Source: Macrostomum lignano (Eukaryota). From it: 64,000 bases of DNA. The DNA lies in contig NIVC01003160.1 of the NCBI GenBank assembly GCA_002269645.1, positions 1 to 64,000 of the forward strand. The letters are read 5' to 3'. Of this stretch, positions 11,430 to 25,601 are shown one piece after another. Position numbers and translations under genes: made by a program. The notes under the pieces were generated by a model, which was not told the DNA's origin, did no database searches, and saw nothing but the letters and a program-made list of their open reading frames with translations. How positions within the stretch are numbered: the first letter of the stretch is position 1; each line of letters begins with the position of its first letter.

Positions 11430-12265
11430 TTCTCTTACCCATTCACTCTCTTCCTTTTCCTCATTCACTCTCTCTTCCTCATTCACTCTCTCTTTCTTAT
11501 TCACCCTCTCTTCCTCATTTACCCTCTCTCCCTCATTCACCCTCTCTTCCTCATTCACCCTCTCTTCCTCATTCACTCTCTCTTCCTCATTTACCCTCTC
11601 TTCCTCATTCACCCTCTCTTCCTCATTCACTCTCTCTTCCTCATTTACCCTCTCTTCCTCATTTACCCTCTCTTCCTCATTCACCCTCTCTTCCTCATTC
11701 ACTCTCTCTTCCTCATTTACCCTCTCTTACTCATTCACCCTCTCTCCCTCATTCACCCTCTCTTACTCATTCACCCTCTCTTCCTCATTCACTCTCTCTT
11801 TCTCATTCATCCTCTCTCCCTCATTCACACTCTCTTCCTCATTCACTCTCTCTTCCTCATTCACACTCTCTTCCTCATTCACCCTCACTTCCTCATTCAC
11901 TCTCTCTCCCTCATTCACCCTCTCTTCCTCATTCACACTCTCTTCCTCATTCACACTCTCTTCCTCATTCACCCTCTCTTTCTCATTCACTCTCTCTTCC
12001 TCATTCACACTCTCTCCCTCATTCACACTATCTTTCTCATTCACTCTCTCTCCCTCATTCACCCTCTCTTCCTCATTCACACTCTCTCCCTCATTCACCC
12101 TCTCTCCCTCATTCACCCTCTCTCCCTCATTCACCCTCTCTTACTCATTCACCCTCTCTCCCTCATTCACACTCTCTTTCTCATTCACCTTCTCTTACTC
12201 ATTCACCCTCTCTCCCTCATTCACACTCTCTTCCTCATTCACCCTCTCTTCCTCATTCACCTCCC
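11430..12265. repeat. Minisatellite, 18-bp unit (CCTCATTCACCCTCTCTT)
   Basis: Visible tandem copies. Confidence 0.93.
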
Positions 12266-12639
12266 CTATAGAGGCTTCTATTCTTTTGTTTTGCAGTCAC
12301 AAACAACAGTCTAATACATTTTTGTGAAATTGCAAGCCTTTCAAAGAAGTCATTGTTCAGCCAGGCGCTTCCATCGCAGGTTGCACTTTTCGTTCTCAAA
12401 AAGCGGGTGCCGCAAAGCTACAGCCTCCTTTCAGCTTCACTCCCCTCCTTCCAAACGGTGCTCTAACGCTGCTTGTGAAACCCATCCACCTAGGAATGAT
12501 TGTGCTTGCTTTTTTAGAGCCGCTTTTTTATGGGGCCTATGCAAATACGGCAACCCCCATATCCTTAATAGAATATGAGGCTGTGAGCCTACCAGTGTCA
12601 GTCAGTTTGCATGCACCTGTGAAAGTTTTGCGGAAAGCT

Positions 12640-12822
12640 CTGTGCACAGGCACTCACATTTTCACTCTGCACAGGCACTCACATTTTCACTCTGCACAGG
12701 CGCTCACATTTTCACTCTGCACAGGCACTCACATTTTCTCTCTGCACAGGCACTCACATTTTCACTCTGCACAGGCACTCACATTTTCACTCTGCACAGG
12801 CACTCACATTTTCACTCTGCAC
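12640..12822. repeat. Minisatellite, 25-bp unit (GCACAGGCACTCACATTTTCACTCT), ~7 copies
   Basis: Visible tandem copies. Confidence 0.9.
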
Positions 12823-13078
12823 TTTTCGCACTACTCAAATTCATACCCAGCGTACTTTCGTTTTCACTCATAAGCCACTCAATGGCTGTCACTGCTTTGG
12901 ATGCCCAAATCCGAATTGGGCAAATCTCTCCACCTCATCTCCCTTCCAGCTTCTTCATTGGTCGGCTAGCAACTATCTAAAATCCCACCCGATTATGAGA
13001 AACCCTGAAATGAGAAGCAGGGATCCCCAAGTCTCTTTGCTGTTATTTTTCTCAGAATTTCATTCATCGCTTTCTTAG

Positions 13079-13302
13079 CAGCAGCGGCAGCCGCAACAAC
13101 AACGGAAACAATGGCATCAGCGTCTCAATCGCCAAACTGCAATGCACCGATTGGAACTGCTGTTGCTGCAGCTGGAGGTCCGGGTTCGAGTCGGAGCGTC
13201 GTAGCTTTCCCCAGCGATTTCAAGCAGCGCGAAAGAAGACGAGCCAGCATGCAGGACGCCATTGACGCCTCGAAGATCAATGCGGATCTGTACTCTAAGC
13301 TG
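13079..13302 (+). CDS. Synaptotagmin-like gene, exon 4 (AAAAAATTTETMASASQ...RRRASMQDAIDASKINADLYSKL)
   Basis: Acceptor tttcttag|13079 (tandem tag-cag-cag), donor ctg|gtgagg, phase 1 to 0. KINADLY resembles the RIKPELY-type motif that precedes C2A in synaptotagmins. Confidence 0.75.
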
Positions 13303-13424
13303 GTGAGGCAGGCCGCCGCGTTGAGGGGGCTGCTTGCACTGGGTTCGACCCCCTCTCTCTTTCTCATTTTCCCCTGTGAATCTTCTTCTCATTAAGTCAA
13401 CTCCCATCCTCATTCACATTCTTT

Positions 13425-14345
13425 TTTTACACTGTCTATTCCTCATTCACACTGTCTATTCCTCATTCACACTGTCTATTCCTCATTTCACACTGTCTAT
13501 TCCTCATTCACACTTTTCATCCCTCATTCACACTTTTTCTCATTCACACTATCTATTCCTCATTCACACTGTCTCTTCCTCATTCACACTGTTTATTCCT
13601 CATTCACACTGTTTATTCCTCATTCACACTGTTTATTCCTCATTCACACTGTCTATTCCTCATTCACAGTCTATTTTTCATTCACACTATCTTTCACATT
13701 TTCCTATTCACAGTCTGCCACTCTCTTTATTCTTCATTCACACTCTCATTTACACTCTTATTCACTCTCCCTCTCTCATTCAGACACCCTCATTCACGCA
13801 CTCTCATTCCCCTTCTCTCTTCCTCATTCACACCCTCATTCACGCACTCTCATTCCCTTTCTCTCTTCCTTATTCACACCCTCATTCACACACTCATTGA
13901 AATTTCCTTATTCACACTCTGGCGCTCTCTTTATTCTTCATTCACACTCTCATTCACACCCTCATTCACGCACTCTCATTCCCTTTCTCTCTTCCTCATT
14001 CACACCCTCATTCACACACTCATTGAAATTTCCTTATTCACACTCTGGCGCTCTCTTTATTCTTCATTCACACTCTCATTCACACTCTCATTCACTCTCT
14101 CTCATTCACACAGTCTCATTCACGCACTCTCATTCACGCACTCTCATTCACGCACTCTCATTCACGCACTCTCATCCACACACTCTCATTCACACACTCT
14201 CATTCACACACTCTCATTCACACACTCTTATTCACACACTCTGATTCACACACTCTGATTCACACACTCTCATCCACACACTCTCATTCACACACTCTCA
14301 TTCACACACTCTCATTCACACAGTCTCATTCACACATTCACACAC
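13425..14345. repeat. CTCATTCACAC-based composite repeat
   Basis: 12-18-bp units plus a larger internal duplication at ~13790-14080. Confidence 0.85.
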
Positions 14346-14794
14346 TCATTTACTCTTACACTGTTTCATTTACCCTCGCCCTCTCTCACTCCTCCGATCA
14401 CCTTCACGCCCCAGAACTCTCTGTCCATCCATCCGACTGTCTGTATCCAACTCAGCACTAATTCGCCTACCCCGGAAACACAGGGGGAGGGTGGGTAGAA
14501 AAAGCAGAGCATCTCAGCTTCTCCTTAACTCACTCTGGGCTCAGTCTCCATTTCTGCTAGCCAAGCTGGCAGATTCTTTCCGCTCATATTGGAAATCAAT
14601 CTTGCCCGATATTGACTCGGTCTGGGGGGGGGCTCTGACCCCCATTCCCTTCCCTGGTAGCCTCTATGTTCCTTTTCTCCTCACTCTGTCATCATCTTTG
14701 CGAAAAATTAATAGATACAGGTAGGCAGACATTGCAGTATAGATAATGGAGCTTGTTAATCTCCTGCTTGATCTCACACGTAATCTTAGCAGAG

Positions 14795-15815
<1,021 letters not shown>

Positions 15816-16294
15816 CACAAGTTACTAACACTAAGGAACACACAAGTTACTAAGTGCATGTATGCAGATATATTGATTGACAGCTGACTTGTGCTATAAC
15901 ACAAGCTCGTAAAACAGAACAAAAAGCTCCTGTTTTCATCGTATTTTAAGTACCTGATGTTCATCCTTCAGGATTTGTCTGTTTCCTTCCCAGGCACTGT
16001 ATAGTGAAAAAAACTATAAAACTATAAAACAACTGCGTTCTTATTTGCCTGCTTCCGCCAGACTGAGAAATAATTAGGATTTTAAAGCACTGTTCAAAGT
16101 TGACTTCAGTGCAAGCGAAACTCACTTTTCAATTAAATTTTCACTCATCAAGCAATATTTTATATAATTAATTTTTTTGGTTGCGAGTTTGTGAATGCAG
16201 TTGATTTTTTGTTGACTGTCTTGGGGCGTGACGGAGCGACCCGCAGTACTTATGTTATTTATGAGATTTATTTATTTATTTATTTATTTATTTA

Positions 16295-17207
16295 TGAGGG
16301 GAGATGAGGGGAGATGAGGGGAGATGAGGGGAGATGAGGGGAGATGAGGGGAGATGAGGGGAGATGAGGGGAGATGAGGGGAGATGTGGGGAGATGATAG
16401 GAGATGAGGGGAGAGATTGGAGATAAGGGGAGATGAGGGGAGATGAGGGGAGATGAGGGGAGATGAGGGGAGATGAGGGGAGATGAGGGGAGATGATGGG
16501 AGATGAGGGGAGATGAGGGAGAGAGGGGAGATAAGGGGAGATGAGGGGAGATGAGGGAGAGAAGGGAGATGAGGAGAGATGAGGGAGATGAGGGGAGATG
16601 AGGGGAGATGAGGGGAGATGAGGGGAGATGAGGGGAGATGAAGGGAGATGAGGGGAGATGAGGGGAGATGAGAGGAGATGAGGGGAGATGAGAGGAGATG
16701 AGGGGAGATGAGGGGAGATGAGGGAAGATGAGGGGAGATGAGGGGAAAGAGGGGAGATGAGGGGAGAGGAGGGGAGATGAGAGAGAGAGGAGAGATGAGG
16801 GGAGATGAGGGGAGATGAGAGAGAGAGGAGAGATGAGGGGAAAGATGGGAGATGAGGGGAGATGAGATGAGATGAGGGGAGACGAGGGGAGATGAGGGGA
16901 GATGAGGGGAGATGAGGGGAGATGAGGGGAGATGAGGGGAGATGAGGGGAGACGAGGGGAGATGAGGGGAGATGAGGGGAGACGAGGGGAGATGAGGGGA
17001 GATGAGGGGAGATGAGGGGAGATGAAGGGAGATGAGGGGAGATGAGGGGAGATGAGGGGAAAGAGGGGAGATGAGGGGAGATGAGGGGAAAGAGGGGAGA
17101 TGAGGGGAGATGAGGGGAAAGAGGGGAGATGAGGGGAGATGAGAGGAGATGAGGGGAGATGAGGGGAGATGAGGGGAGATGAGGGGAGATGAGGGGAGAT
17201 GAGGGGA
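16295..17207. repeat. Decamer (GAGGGGAGAT)n, preceded by (TTTA)n
   Basis: Visible; ends about 55 nt before the C2A exon. Confidence 0.95.
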
Positions 17208-17261
17208 ATGGGATCAGCAGACACTGCAGTGCCGCATCCCCAACCCACGCCAATCCCGCAG

Positions 17262-17699
17262 TATAACCAGGCCAGCACGACAATCCAGAGCATTCAAGAG
17301 GAGAATTTCGGTCAGCTGAACTTCTCGCTGGAGTTCCGGGAGGAGACTGGAATCCTGAGCATTCGCATTATCCAAGCCATCGACCTGCAGCCGAAGGACA
17401 GCAGCACAGGGCTGGCCAACCCCTACTGCCGCGTGGCGGTGCTGCCGAACCGCAAGACCCAAACTACCACGAAAATTCATAAACGAACGCTGAGCCCGGA
17501 ATTCGAAGAGGAATTCATCTTCGAGCTGAAGCCGCAGGATATAAACTGGAGCGTGTTGGAGATTACCGTGTTCGACTATGATCCTTGCTCGATGGACGAG
17601 TGCCTGGGTCAGGTGAAGCTGCCACTTGTTGAGGTGGACTTCAGCGAGAAGCAAGTCTTGTGGAAGGCCATCTGCTCGATGGAGAAGATCACCGACCCG
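17262..17699 (+). CDS. Synaptotagmin-like gene, exon 5, C2A domain
   Basis: EENFGQLNFSLEF...IIQAIDLQPKD...NPYCRV...TKIHKRTLSPEFEEEFIF...ITVFDYDPCSMDECLGQVKLPL is a typical synaptotagmin C2A. Acceptor cccgcag|17262 (alternative 17271, both phase 0), donor ccg|gtgagt. Confidence 0.9.
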
Positions 17700-17767
17700 G
17701 TGAGTACTGTCTTCTCCAATTTGAAACTTGCTTTGCTTTATGCACTTCCGCTGACTTCTGAGAGTGC

Positions 17768-17870
17768 ATAAACTCGTAGATAAACCGTAGATAAACCATA
17801 CATAAACTCGTAGATAAACTCGTAGATAAACTCGTAGATTAACTCGTAGATTCACTCGTGCATAAACTCG
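17768..17870. repeat. Short 14-bp repeat (TAAACTCGTAGA-type), ~7 copies
   Basis: Visible tandem copies. Confidence 0.75.
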
Positions 17871-18399
17871 AAGGAATCGAACTCAGGGATCTGCCACCCC
17901 TGAATTTGAAACCCTTGCTAAAGTAGAATTTCCAATTGATGTCTCATATGTCACATATGGTCACATATGTCACATTTTGTCACAACCCATGAACCCATCT
18001 GGATAAGGCTTCGTACCCAGTAATAATTACATTAATTACACACAACGAAAGCTCGGATTCATGAGGCCCTTAGACTCTAATCTCTAGTGGCTTTATCGGA
18101 GCACACACACACACACACAGAGCTCAAGTCAGCCATAAAGACGAATGAAAAATAATGCAGGCTATATTTTATTGAGTTCCGATACCGCGTCAACGCTCCC
18201 TTTAGCTAAACATCAACTCCGCCCCCCGCCTCAGGCAGAGTTAGCGTTGCTAATTCTTAGAAATGGGAGAACGCCTCGCGATAAACTCATTAGCAGGGGA
18301 CTCTTTTGTGTACAACGTTTGCACAGTTCGAGTGACCATTGACTAGTGGCCCATGGCCACTTTGATAAACTATTTTGCATTTGTGCATTTACTGTTGAA

Positions 18400-19055
18400 T
18401 ATCCCCTATTACTGTAGAATGTCCCCTATTACTGTAGAATGTCCCCTATTACTGTAGAATGTCCCCTATTACTGTAGAATGTCCCCTATTACTGTAGAAT
18501 GTCCCCTATTACTGTAGAATATCCCCTATTACTGTAGAATGTCCCCTATTACTGTAGAATATCCCCTATTACTGTAGAATGTCCCCTATTACTGTAGAAT
18601 GTCCCCTATTACTGTAGAATGTCCCCTATTACTGTAGAATGCCCTCTATTACTGTAGAAAATCCCCTATTACTGTAGAATATCCCCAATTACTGTAGAAT
18701 ATCCCCTATTACTGTAGAATGTCCCCTGTTACTGTAGAATATCCCCTAATATTGTGGAGTATCCCCTATTACTGTAGAATGTTCCCTACTGTAGAATGTC
18801 CCCTGTTACTGTAGAATGTACCCTAATATTGTGGAGTATCCCCTATTACTGTAGAATGTTCCCTACTGTAGAATATCCCCTATTACTGTAGAGTATCCCC
18901 TAATACTGTAGAATGTCCCATATTACTGTAGAATGTCCCCTATTACTGTAGAATGCCCCTATTACTGTAGAATGCCCCTATTACTGTAGAATGCCCCTAT
19001 TACTGTAGAATGTCCCCTATTACTGTAGAATGCCCCTAGCAATTACTGTAGAAGA
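18400..19055. repeat. Minisatellite, 20-bp unit (GTCCCCTATTACTGTAGAAT), ~30 copies
   Basis: Visible tandem copies. Confidence 0.95.
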
Positions 19056-19819
19056 TCCTGCCAATTTTCCGTATTCATATATTTGCTGTAGGAATTATTC
19101 CCATTCCTCTAGCACCCGCTCACACAGGGTGCACATCGGCCCTGACTTTCTAATCGTCAAATCGTCGATTGGAACCAGGGATTGCATGGCACAAGAGTCA
19201 GGCTGCCCCTGGTGTAGAATTAGCCGCAATTGAGGTTGTATTTCTTCATCTTACTGTAAAATATCCCTATACTGTTTCGAATAATTCCCTTTCAAGACCC
19301 CCAGAACCGACTCCCTATAGCACCGAATTTTTTCTAATTAAGCCGGAAAAATTCCGGCAATTAATTTCCGCCAAAATTTTGCCAGTCGTTTTTTACGACG
19401 GCTTGGATTTACAATCTGAGGTTTGCGCTGCCTCCTTCTCTCTCCCTCTATCTCTCTAGGTCTTGAGTAACGACTGCACAGCCAAAATCAATCAGATTTT
19501 ACTGCCTCACCTGAGCTATTAATCAGAAGCTTTGCCGCCTTAGACGGGGCAAACAGTTTTCAATGCAATCTTTCCAGGAAATTGCCGCCACGCTTGGGGC
19601 CGAGTCAAAAACGGAGATTGGAAAGTTGGCTGGCTTGTGTAAAATCTTGGTCGCCAGATTCGACACAATGGGAGGCGAGGTTCAGGCTGAGGGTGGGGAC
19701 AGCTGCTCCCGTGGGGGAAGGTGGCTTCTGGGCTCAGGTTCTGACAGAATTCAATCGGGAAAATTAAATACTCGTATATATTTTGAATTTTAACGGCAGA
19801 CAAAACTCGCATTGCATAC

Positions 19820-20395
19820 TTCTCTCCTCCTCCCTCTCCTTTATCCACTCTCTGACTGACTCTCTCCATCTCCCTCTCCTTTATCCACTCTCTGACTGAC
19901 TCTCTCCATCTCCCTCTCCATCTCCCTCTCTATCTCCCTCTCTCCATCTCCCTCTCCATCTCCCTTTCTTCATTCCTCTCTCTCCATCCTCCTCTATCCG
20001 TCTCCCTCTCTCCATCTCCCTCTCTCCATCTTCCTCTCTCCATCTCCCTCTCTCCATCTCCATCTCACCATCTCCCTCTCTCCATCTTCCTCTCTCCATC
20101 TTCCTCTCTCCATCTCCGTCTCTCAATCTCCATCTCACCATCTCCCTCTCTCCATCTTCCTCTCTCCATCTCCATCTCACCATCTCCCTCTATCCGCCTC
20201 CCTCTCTCCATCTCCATCTCTCCATCTCCCTCTCTCCATCTCCCTCTATCCGTCTCCCTCTCTCCATCTCCCTCTCTCCATCTCCCTCTTCACCTCCCTT
20301 TCTTCATTCCTCTCTCTCTCCATCTCCCTCTCTGCCTCCCTCTCTCCATCTCCCTCTCTCTCGTCTCCATCTCCCTCCCTGCTCCTTCATCTCTC
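19820..20395. repeat. CT-rich low-complexity repeat (CTCTCCATCTCC-type)
   Basis: Visible. Confidence 0.85.
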
Positions 20396-20839
20396 AATCT
20401 CAAGCAAGCCTCTTGTATTTCGCTTAGCTTCTAAAAAACTGGCACAATCGTCGTCATGGCAACGAACTCTCAATTCAATCGACGCAAGGCACTTCACACG
20501 GGGCTAAGAAAATCTGCATCTTCTAAAAGCTTTACTTTGCTTTTGATCTAAGTTTGCGATCTACAACTTATTTGTCTGCTCTTCCTACGGAGCGGCTCTC
20601 TTGAAATTCTAGAAACCCGATCGGGCTAACTGTGACAATATAGCTACTGTATATACTTTCCAAACTGGTTTTGCATGGCTGCGTATATTTCATGCTTGCA
20701 CTCTTAGCAATGGCTCTGTCTCTAGTAATGTGCTTGTATCCCAATTCACTATGTAATTATGCACTACCAGCATAATCATGGCTTGTAGTACGAAGCATTT
20801 TGTGCAACATTGTAATCAATTTTACCTATTCTACTCGCC

Positions 20840-21510
20840 CTCTCCTTGTCCTTTTATTGTCCTTTTTTGTCCTCTTCTTGTCCCTCTACTTGTCCTCTCC
20901 TTATCCTCTCTTTGTCCTTTTGTTGTCTCCTCTCCTTGTCCTTTTCTTGTCCTCTCGCTGTCCACTCCTTGTCCTTTTCTTGTCCTCTCGCTGTCCACTC
21001 CTTGTCTTTTTCTTGTCCTCTCGCTGTCCACTCCTTGTCCTTTTCTTGTCCTCTCGCTGTCCACTCCTTGTCCTTTTCTTGTCCTCTCGCTGTCCACTCC
21101 TCGTCCTTTTCTTGTCCACTCGCTGTCCACTCCTTGTCCTTTTCTTGTCCTCTCGCTGTCCACTCCTTGTCCTTTTCTTGTCCTCTCGCTGTCCACTCCT
21201 TGTCCTTTTCTTGTCCTCTCGCTGTCCACTCCTTGTCCTTTTCTTGTCCTCTCGCTGTCCACTCCTTGTCCTTTTCTTGTCCTCTCGCTGTCCACTCCTT
21301 GTCCTTTTCTTGTCCTCTCGCTGTCCACTCCTCGTCCTTTTCTTGTCCACTCGCTGTCAACTTTTTGTCCTTTTCTTGTCCTCTCGCTGTCCACTCCTTG
21401 TCCTTTTCTTGTCCTCTCGCTGTCCACTCCTTGTCCTTTTCTTGTCCTCTCGCTGTCCACTCCTTGTCCTTTTCTTGTCCTCTCGCTGTCCACTCCTTGT
21501 CCCTCCCCTT
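20840..21510. repeat. Minisatellite, 33-bp unit (CTTTTCTTGTCCTCTCGCTGTCCACTCCTTGTC)
   Basis: Visible; 11-aa periodic ORFs. Confidence 0.93.
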
Positions 21511-21698
21511 GTTCTCTTCTTGTCCTCAATTTTTGTCCTCTCCTTGGCCCTCTCCCAGTCCCTCTCTCTTTTCCTTCCTCTCTCTCCCTCTATCCGTCTC
21601 TTCCCCTTTCCTTCTTACGTCAACTTGCACCAGATATTGGGAAAATCAGCTGAATAAGAATTTCAAGCATGTTCCCATATCCCACCACCGCAACCCAG

Positions 21699-21819
21699 GA
21701 GCACAGCGTCGGTGACCTGCAGTTCTCGATGTCCTATCTGCCGTCTGCCAAGCGTTTGAGCGTCTCCATCATGAAGGCTAGAAACTTGCGCGAGGCTCAC
21801 AAGGACAGGCCGCTGGGAG
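21699..21819 (+). CDS. Synaptotagmin-like gene, exon 6, start of C2B (EHSVGDLQFSMSYLPSAKRLSVSIMKARNL)
   Basis: Acceptor aacccag|21699 (phase 0), donor g|gtgagc (phase 1). GDLQFSMSYLPSAKRLSV is the canonical C2B opening. Confidence 0.9.
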
Positions 21820-21968
21820 GTGAGCGTCCCGTGGTTACCGTGGCAACAGGAATTTGAGGACTATTGGAAAGTTCCATTGATTCTATAGCTATTGGGGAGA
21901 TGCTAGATATTTGGGAAAATTCCAAGAAAATAAAACCTAACGCATTTTTCCCAACCCGATCATCCCAG

Positions 21969-22291
21969 ACTCCTCCGTCAGGGCCATCCTGACAACGCCG
22001 AGCGGTAAAAAGCAGAAGAGAAAAAAGACATCGAGTTGCAAGACACCGTCGAATCCGACCTGGGAGGAGGCTCTCGTTTTCAACGGCGTTGTCGAAGAGG
22101 ATTTAAAACGCGGCTCCTTGGAGTTGATTGTCTGTCACGACGGAGTTCTGAGCAGCACGGAGATCAGCCGAGTCTATCTGGGCCCCGACACTGGAGGCGA
22201 CGAATATCAGCACTGGTGGAACATGGTGAAATCGAAGAGCGCCTCGGCTCGATGGCACAAGCTACATCCGATGAATCACTGTCATAAATAA
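21969..22291 (+). CDS. Synaptotagmin-like gene, last exon, C2B (DSSVRAIL...KRKKTS...NPTWEEALVF...HWWNMVKSKSASARWHKL...*)
   Basis: Absent from the ORF track. Acceptor catcccag|21969 (phase 1). Polybasic KKQKRKKT, HW..M and the WHxL terminal motif of synaptotagmins are present. Stop TAA at 22289-22291. Confidence 0.9.
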
Positions 22292-22597
22292 AATATTTAC
22301 GAGCGTATAACAAATTAATGAAATAATTTTACCGAGTTGAAAAAGTCCAACGAACTTTTACTTAAAAATATGCGTATACACTTTAAATCTTAAAATGACA
22401 ACCAATTTAAACTACTATGAATTAAATTACTAAATAACTATTATTTAAAGTATGTTTTACTTTAAAACATACGCGTTTCAACTTCAAATCCGAAAAAAAC
22501 TTAGAATGACACCAAATTAAATTACTACGAGTATGTCACTGTCATGAATTATCTTATAACAAAATATTTAAAAAGACGAAGAAATTTAATAAAACTA

Positions 22598-22720
22598 TCC
22601 TATATACTAAAAATGAAATGTCTGTAACTAACTAGCTATGCGATAGATATCAGAAAAAATGGCTCAACCGATTTTCTTCAAACTTGCACCATTCGATCAG
22701 AAATTTTCCTGGGACGGTAC
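22598..22720 (+). mobile_element. Possible 5' end of a non-autonomous Helitron/Helentron (DINE/HINE-like) element
   Basis: A|TCCTATATACTAAAAATGAAATGTCTGT...ATCAGAAAAAATGGCTCAACCGATTTTCTTCAAACTT resembles the TC-start and GGCT.AACCGATTT core recalled from invertebrate HINE elements. No 3' end was identified. Confidence 0.35.
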
Positions 22721-23977
22721 ATGCATCTTGACTAAAAAATTGCTCAATGTTAAATATTATTCTAAAAATATAATTTTCTGCAGAAAGAAAATGTTCATGC
22801 TATTGTTTGAAATGCTACGTAAGAGAATTCAAGGCCTAATTTGGTTTAACAAACAGTGGTGACAATTTAAAATATTATTTTTAACAAACTAATTAGCAAA
22901 GTATGAGAAAAGTATGGGTGTTGCTGCAATATCACTATTATTTTGTCAATGTAGTTTTCTTGATTTATTTAAAAAAGTGCACGTGTTTGTTCGAAAAGTC
23001 GAACTTCAGAGAAGATCAGTGAAGCTCACTATGATTAAACAAATTAATGGCAGCAATTTAAACAACTAATTTTGTGTAAGACGGTAAAAATATTTAAGAA
23101 ACCAGTTAAACAATGTGTCAAAATTTTTGTTTTATTCAATTAATTTGAAGATTTTTATTGAACAAATATCTCGAAAACCAAGTTGGCATGTATTTAAATA
23201 AATATAATATTCACTCAGTCAAAAATTTGTCAATTTTCACAAGAAAATTATTAACCGCGAATTCCGTTAGAAACCTGTTTATCGCAGCAAAATGCATTGG
23301 CAAGATGTTTTAAGTTTTCAGTTTTTTAACCCAAAAATCCCTTTTTTTATTCAATTCCCTCCCTGTTTTGTCTAAGGTGCACTCACAGAAACTAAGTTAT
23401 CAAGCCATTATTTTCATGAAATGCTGGCCAAAACTGGCAAGCAAAGTCCTGGCGAAAGTTCAGCTTTTTCTTTGTCTCTTTACTTCGTAGTGTATTTTTT
23501 CCATACCAAAAATACTTTTCTGGAACAATTTGTCTATGGTAAAACCCCCTTCAGCGCTATGCTTTAACACAGCAAATCTTTGCGAAATCTGTTTAAATCA
23601 CACACAACCGTATTCTAAGCATTGCCGCTCTACAATTTTGTCTCGCTTTCAACAATGTATTTATCCAGCAACAATTAAATATTATGAAGCACTTCAACTG
23701 CAGTGTACATTGTAGTCAATCCCCATTGTTTAACAGTATAAGTTTCAAAGTATTTGAAATGTTATTTTGTAACCGAGAACCACCGATGCAACTCAGTCGA
23801 AATAATTCTTTTTCAGAGCAGTTTGTTGCGCCAGGTGACATGCTTGAGATGACAATAAAGTATAAAAATAAATTTTAAAAAGGCGCTTGGAAGAAAATTT
23901 TCTTGATTTGTACTGACTTTGCCTTTTTAATTTGGGTGGAAACATATGAAATACTTGATGAGAGGAAAGGCACGTTC

Positions 23978-25025
23978 AATGATCAGAGAGGCAGATTCAA
24001 GGATCAGAGAGGCAGATTCAAAGATCAGAAGAGCAGATTCAAGGATCAGAGAGGCAGATTCAATGATCAGAAGAGCAGATTCAAGGATCAGAGAGGCAGA
24101 TTCAAGGATCAGAGAGGCAGATTCAAGGATCAGAGAGGCAGATTCAAGGATCAGAGAGGCAGATTCAAGGATCAGAGAGGCAGATTCAAGGATCAGAAGA
24201 GCAGATTCAAGGATCAGAGAGGCAGATTCAAGGATCAGAGAGGCAGATTCAAGGATCAGAGAGGCAGATTCAAGGATCAGAGAGGCAGATTCAAAGATCA
24301 GAGAGGCAGATTCAAGGATCAGAGAGGCAGATTCAAGGATCAGAGAGGCAGATTCAAGGATCAGAGAGGCAGATTCAAGGATCAGAGAGGCAGATTCAAG
24401 GATCAGAGAGGCAGATTCAAAGATCAGAGAGGCAGATTCAAGGATCAGAGAGGCAGATTCAAGGATCAGAGAGGCAGATTCAAGGATCAGAGAGGCAGAT
24501 TCAAGGATCAGAGAGGCAGATTCAAGGATCAGAGAGGCAGATTCAAGGATCAGAGAGGCAGATTCAAGGATCAGAGAGGCAGATTCAAGGATCAGAGAGG
24601 CAGATTCAAGGATCAGAGAGGCAGATTCAAGGATCAGAGAGGCAGATTCAAGGATCAGAGAGGCAGATTCAAGGATCAGAGAGGCAGATTCAAGGATCAG
24701 AGAGGCAGATTCAATGATCAGAAGAGCAGATTCAAGGATCAGAGAGGCAGATTCAAGGATTAGAGAGGCAGATTCAAAGATCAGAAGAGCAGATTCAAGG
24801 ATCAGAGAGGCAGATTCAAAGATCAGAAGAGCAGATTCAAGGATCAGAGAGGCAGATTCAAGGACCAGAGAGGCAGATTCAAGAATCAGAGAGGCAGATT
24901 CAAGGATCAGAGAGGCAGATTCAAAGATCAGAAGAGCAGATTCAAGGATCAGAGAGGCAGATTCAATGATCAGAGAGGCAGATTCAAGGATCAGAGAGGC
25001 AGATTCAATGATCAGAAAGGCAGAT
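23978..25025 (+). repeat. Minisatellite, 21-bp unit (GATCAGAGAGGCAGATTCAAG), ~50 copies
   Basis: Visible; intergenic between the convergent synaptotagmin-like and protocadherin genes. Confidence 0.96.
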
Positions 25026-25601
25026 TCTATAAAAGACAGCTGAAAAAGCATTGTAGCTCGTAAAAAGCATTATTGCTTGTTGGCAACAATGCATCTGGTT
25101 CTTGCCTGCATCCAATCAACTGCACAATAGCTCATACATTCAGAATACGGATAGCAAGGGTGTGGCCTGTTCAGTCTAATATTACCAATCCATTACTGTA
25201 GTGTCAAGGCAGTGCCTCTCTCTCATTCATCATTAATCCCCACCCGATTCAATTTTAATCCATCTGAAATGACGATTGAATTTCCTGCAATGGGATGAAA
25301 TGCAATGCAAAATTCTTTCTTTGATTGAGCAAATTTTCTATTGTTGCAAAACAAGAGGTTGACTATAAAATAAAACTGACAGAGCTATCTAGCTATAGTC
25401 TTGTGCAAAGTCAAAGGCAGTTTTAGGCAGTTAATGCTGTTTTTGTTTCAGTGCGTTGAATTTCTGCTATTCAATATCAATCTCGGAGTCTAAAACTGGA
25501 GCAACAATAAGCAGCTTAGATGGCTTTTGTTAGCAGATATAAATAAAACACATGTTGCAGTTATTGTTGGATTGCAGAAATTCAGCGGCTAAATCACCAT
25601 T

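Noticed and set aside
14415-14490. Possible extra synaptotagmin exon (cag|NSLSIHPT...GE|gtgggt, phase 0 to 1)
   Set aside because: Not needed: exon 4 joins the phase-0 acceptors at 17262/17271 directly, and the phase-1 acceptors at 17218-17230 lack a pyrimidine tract.
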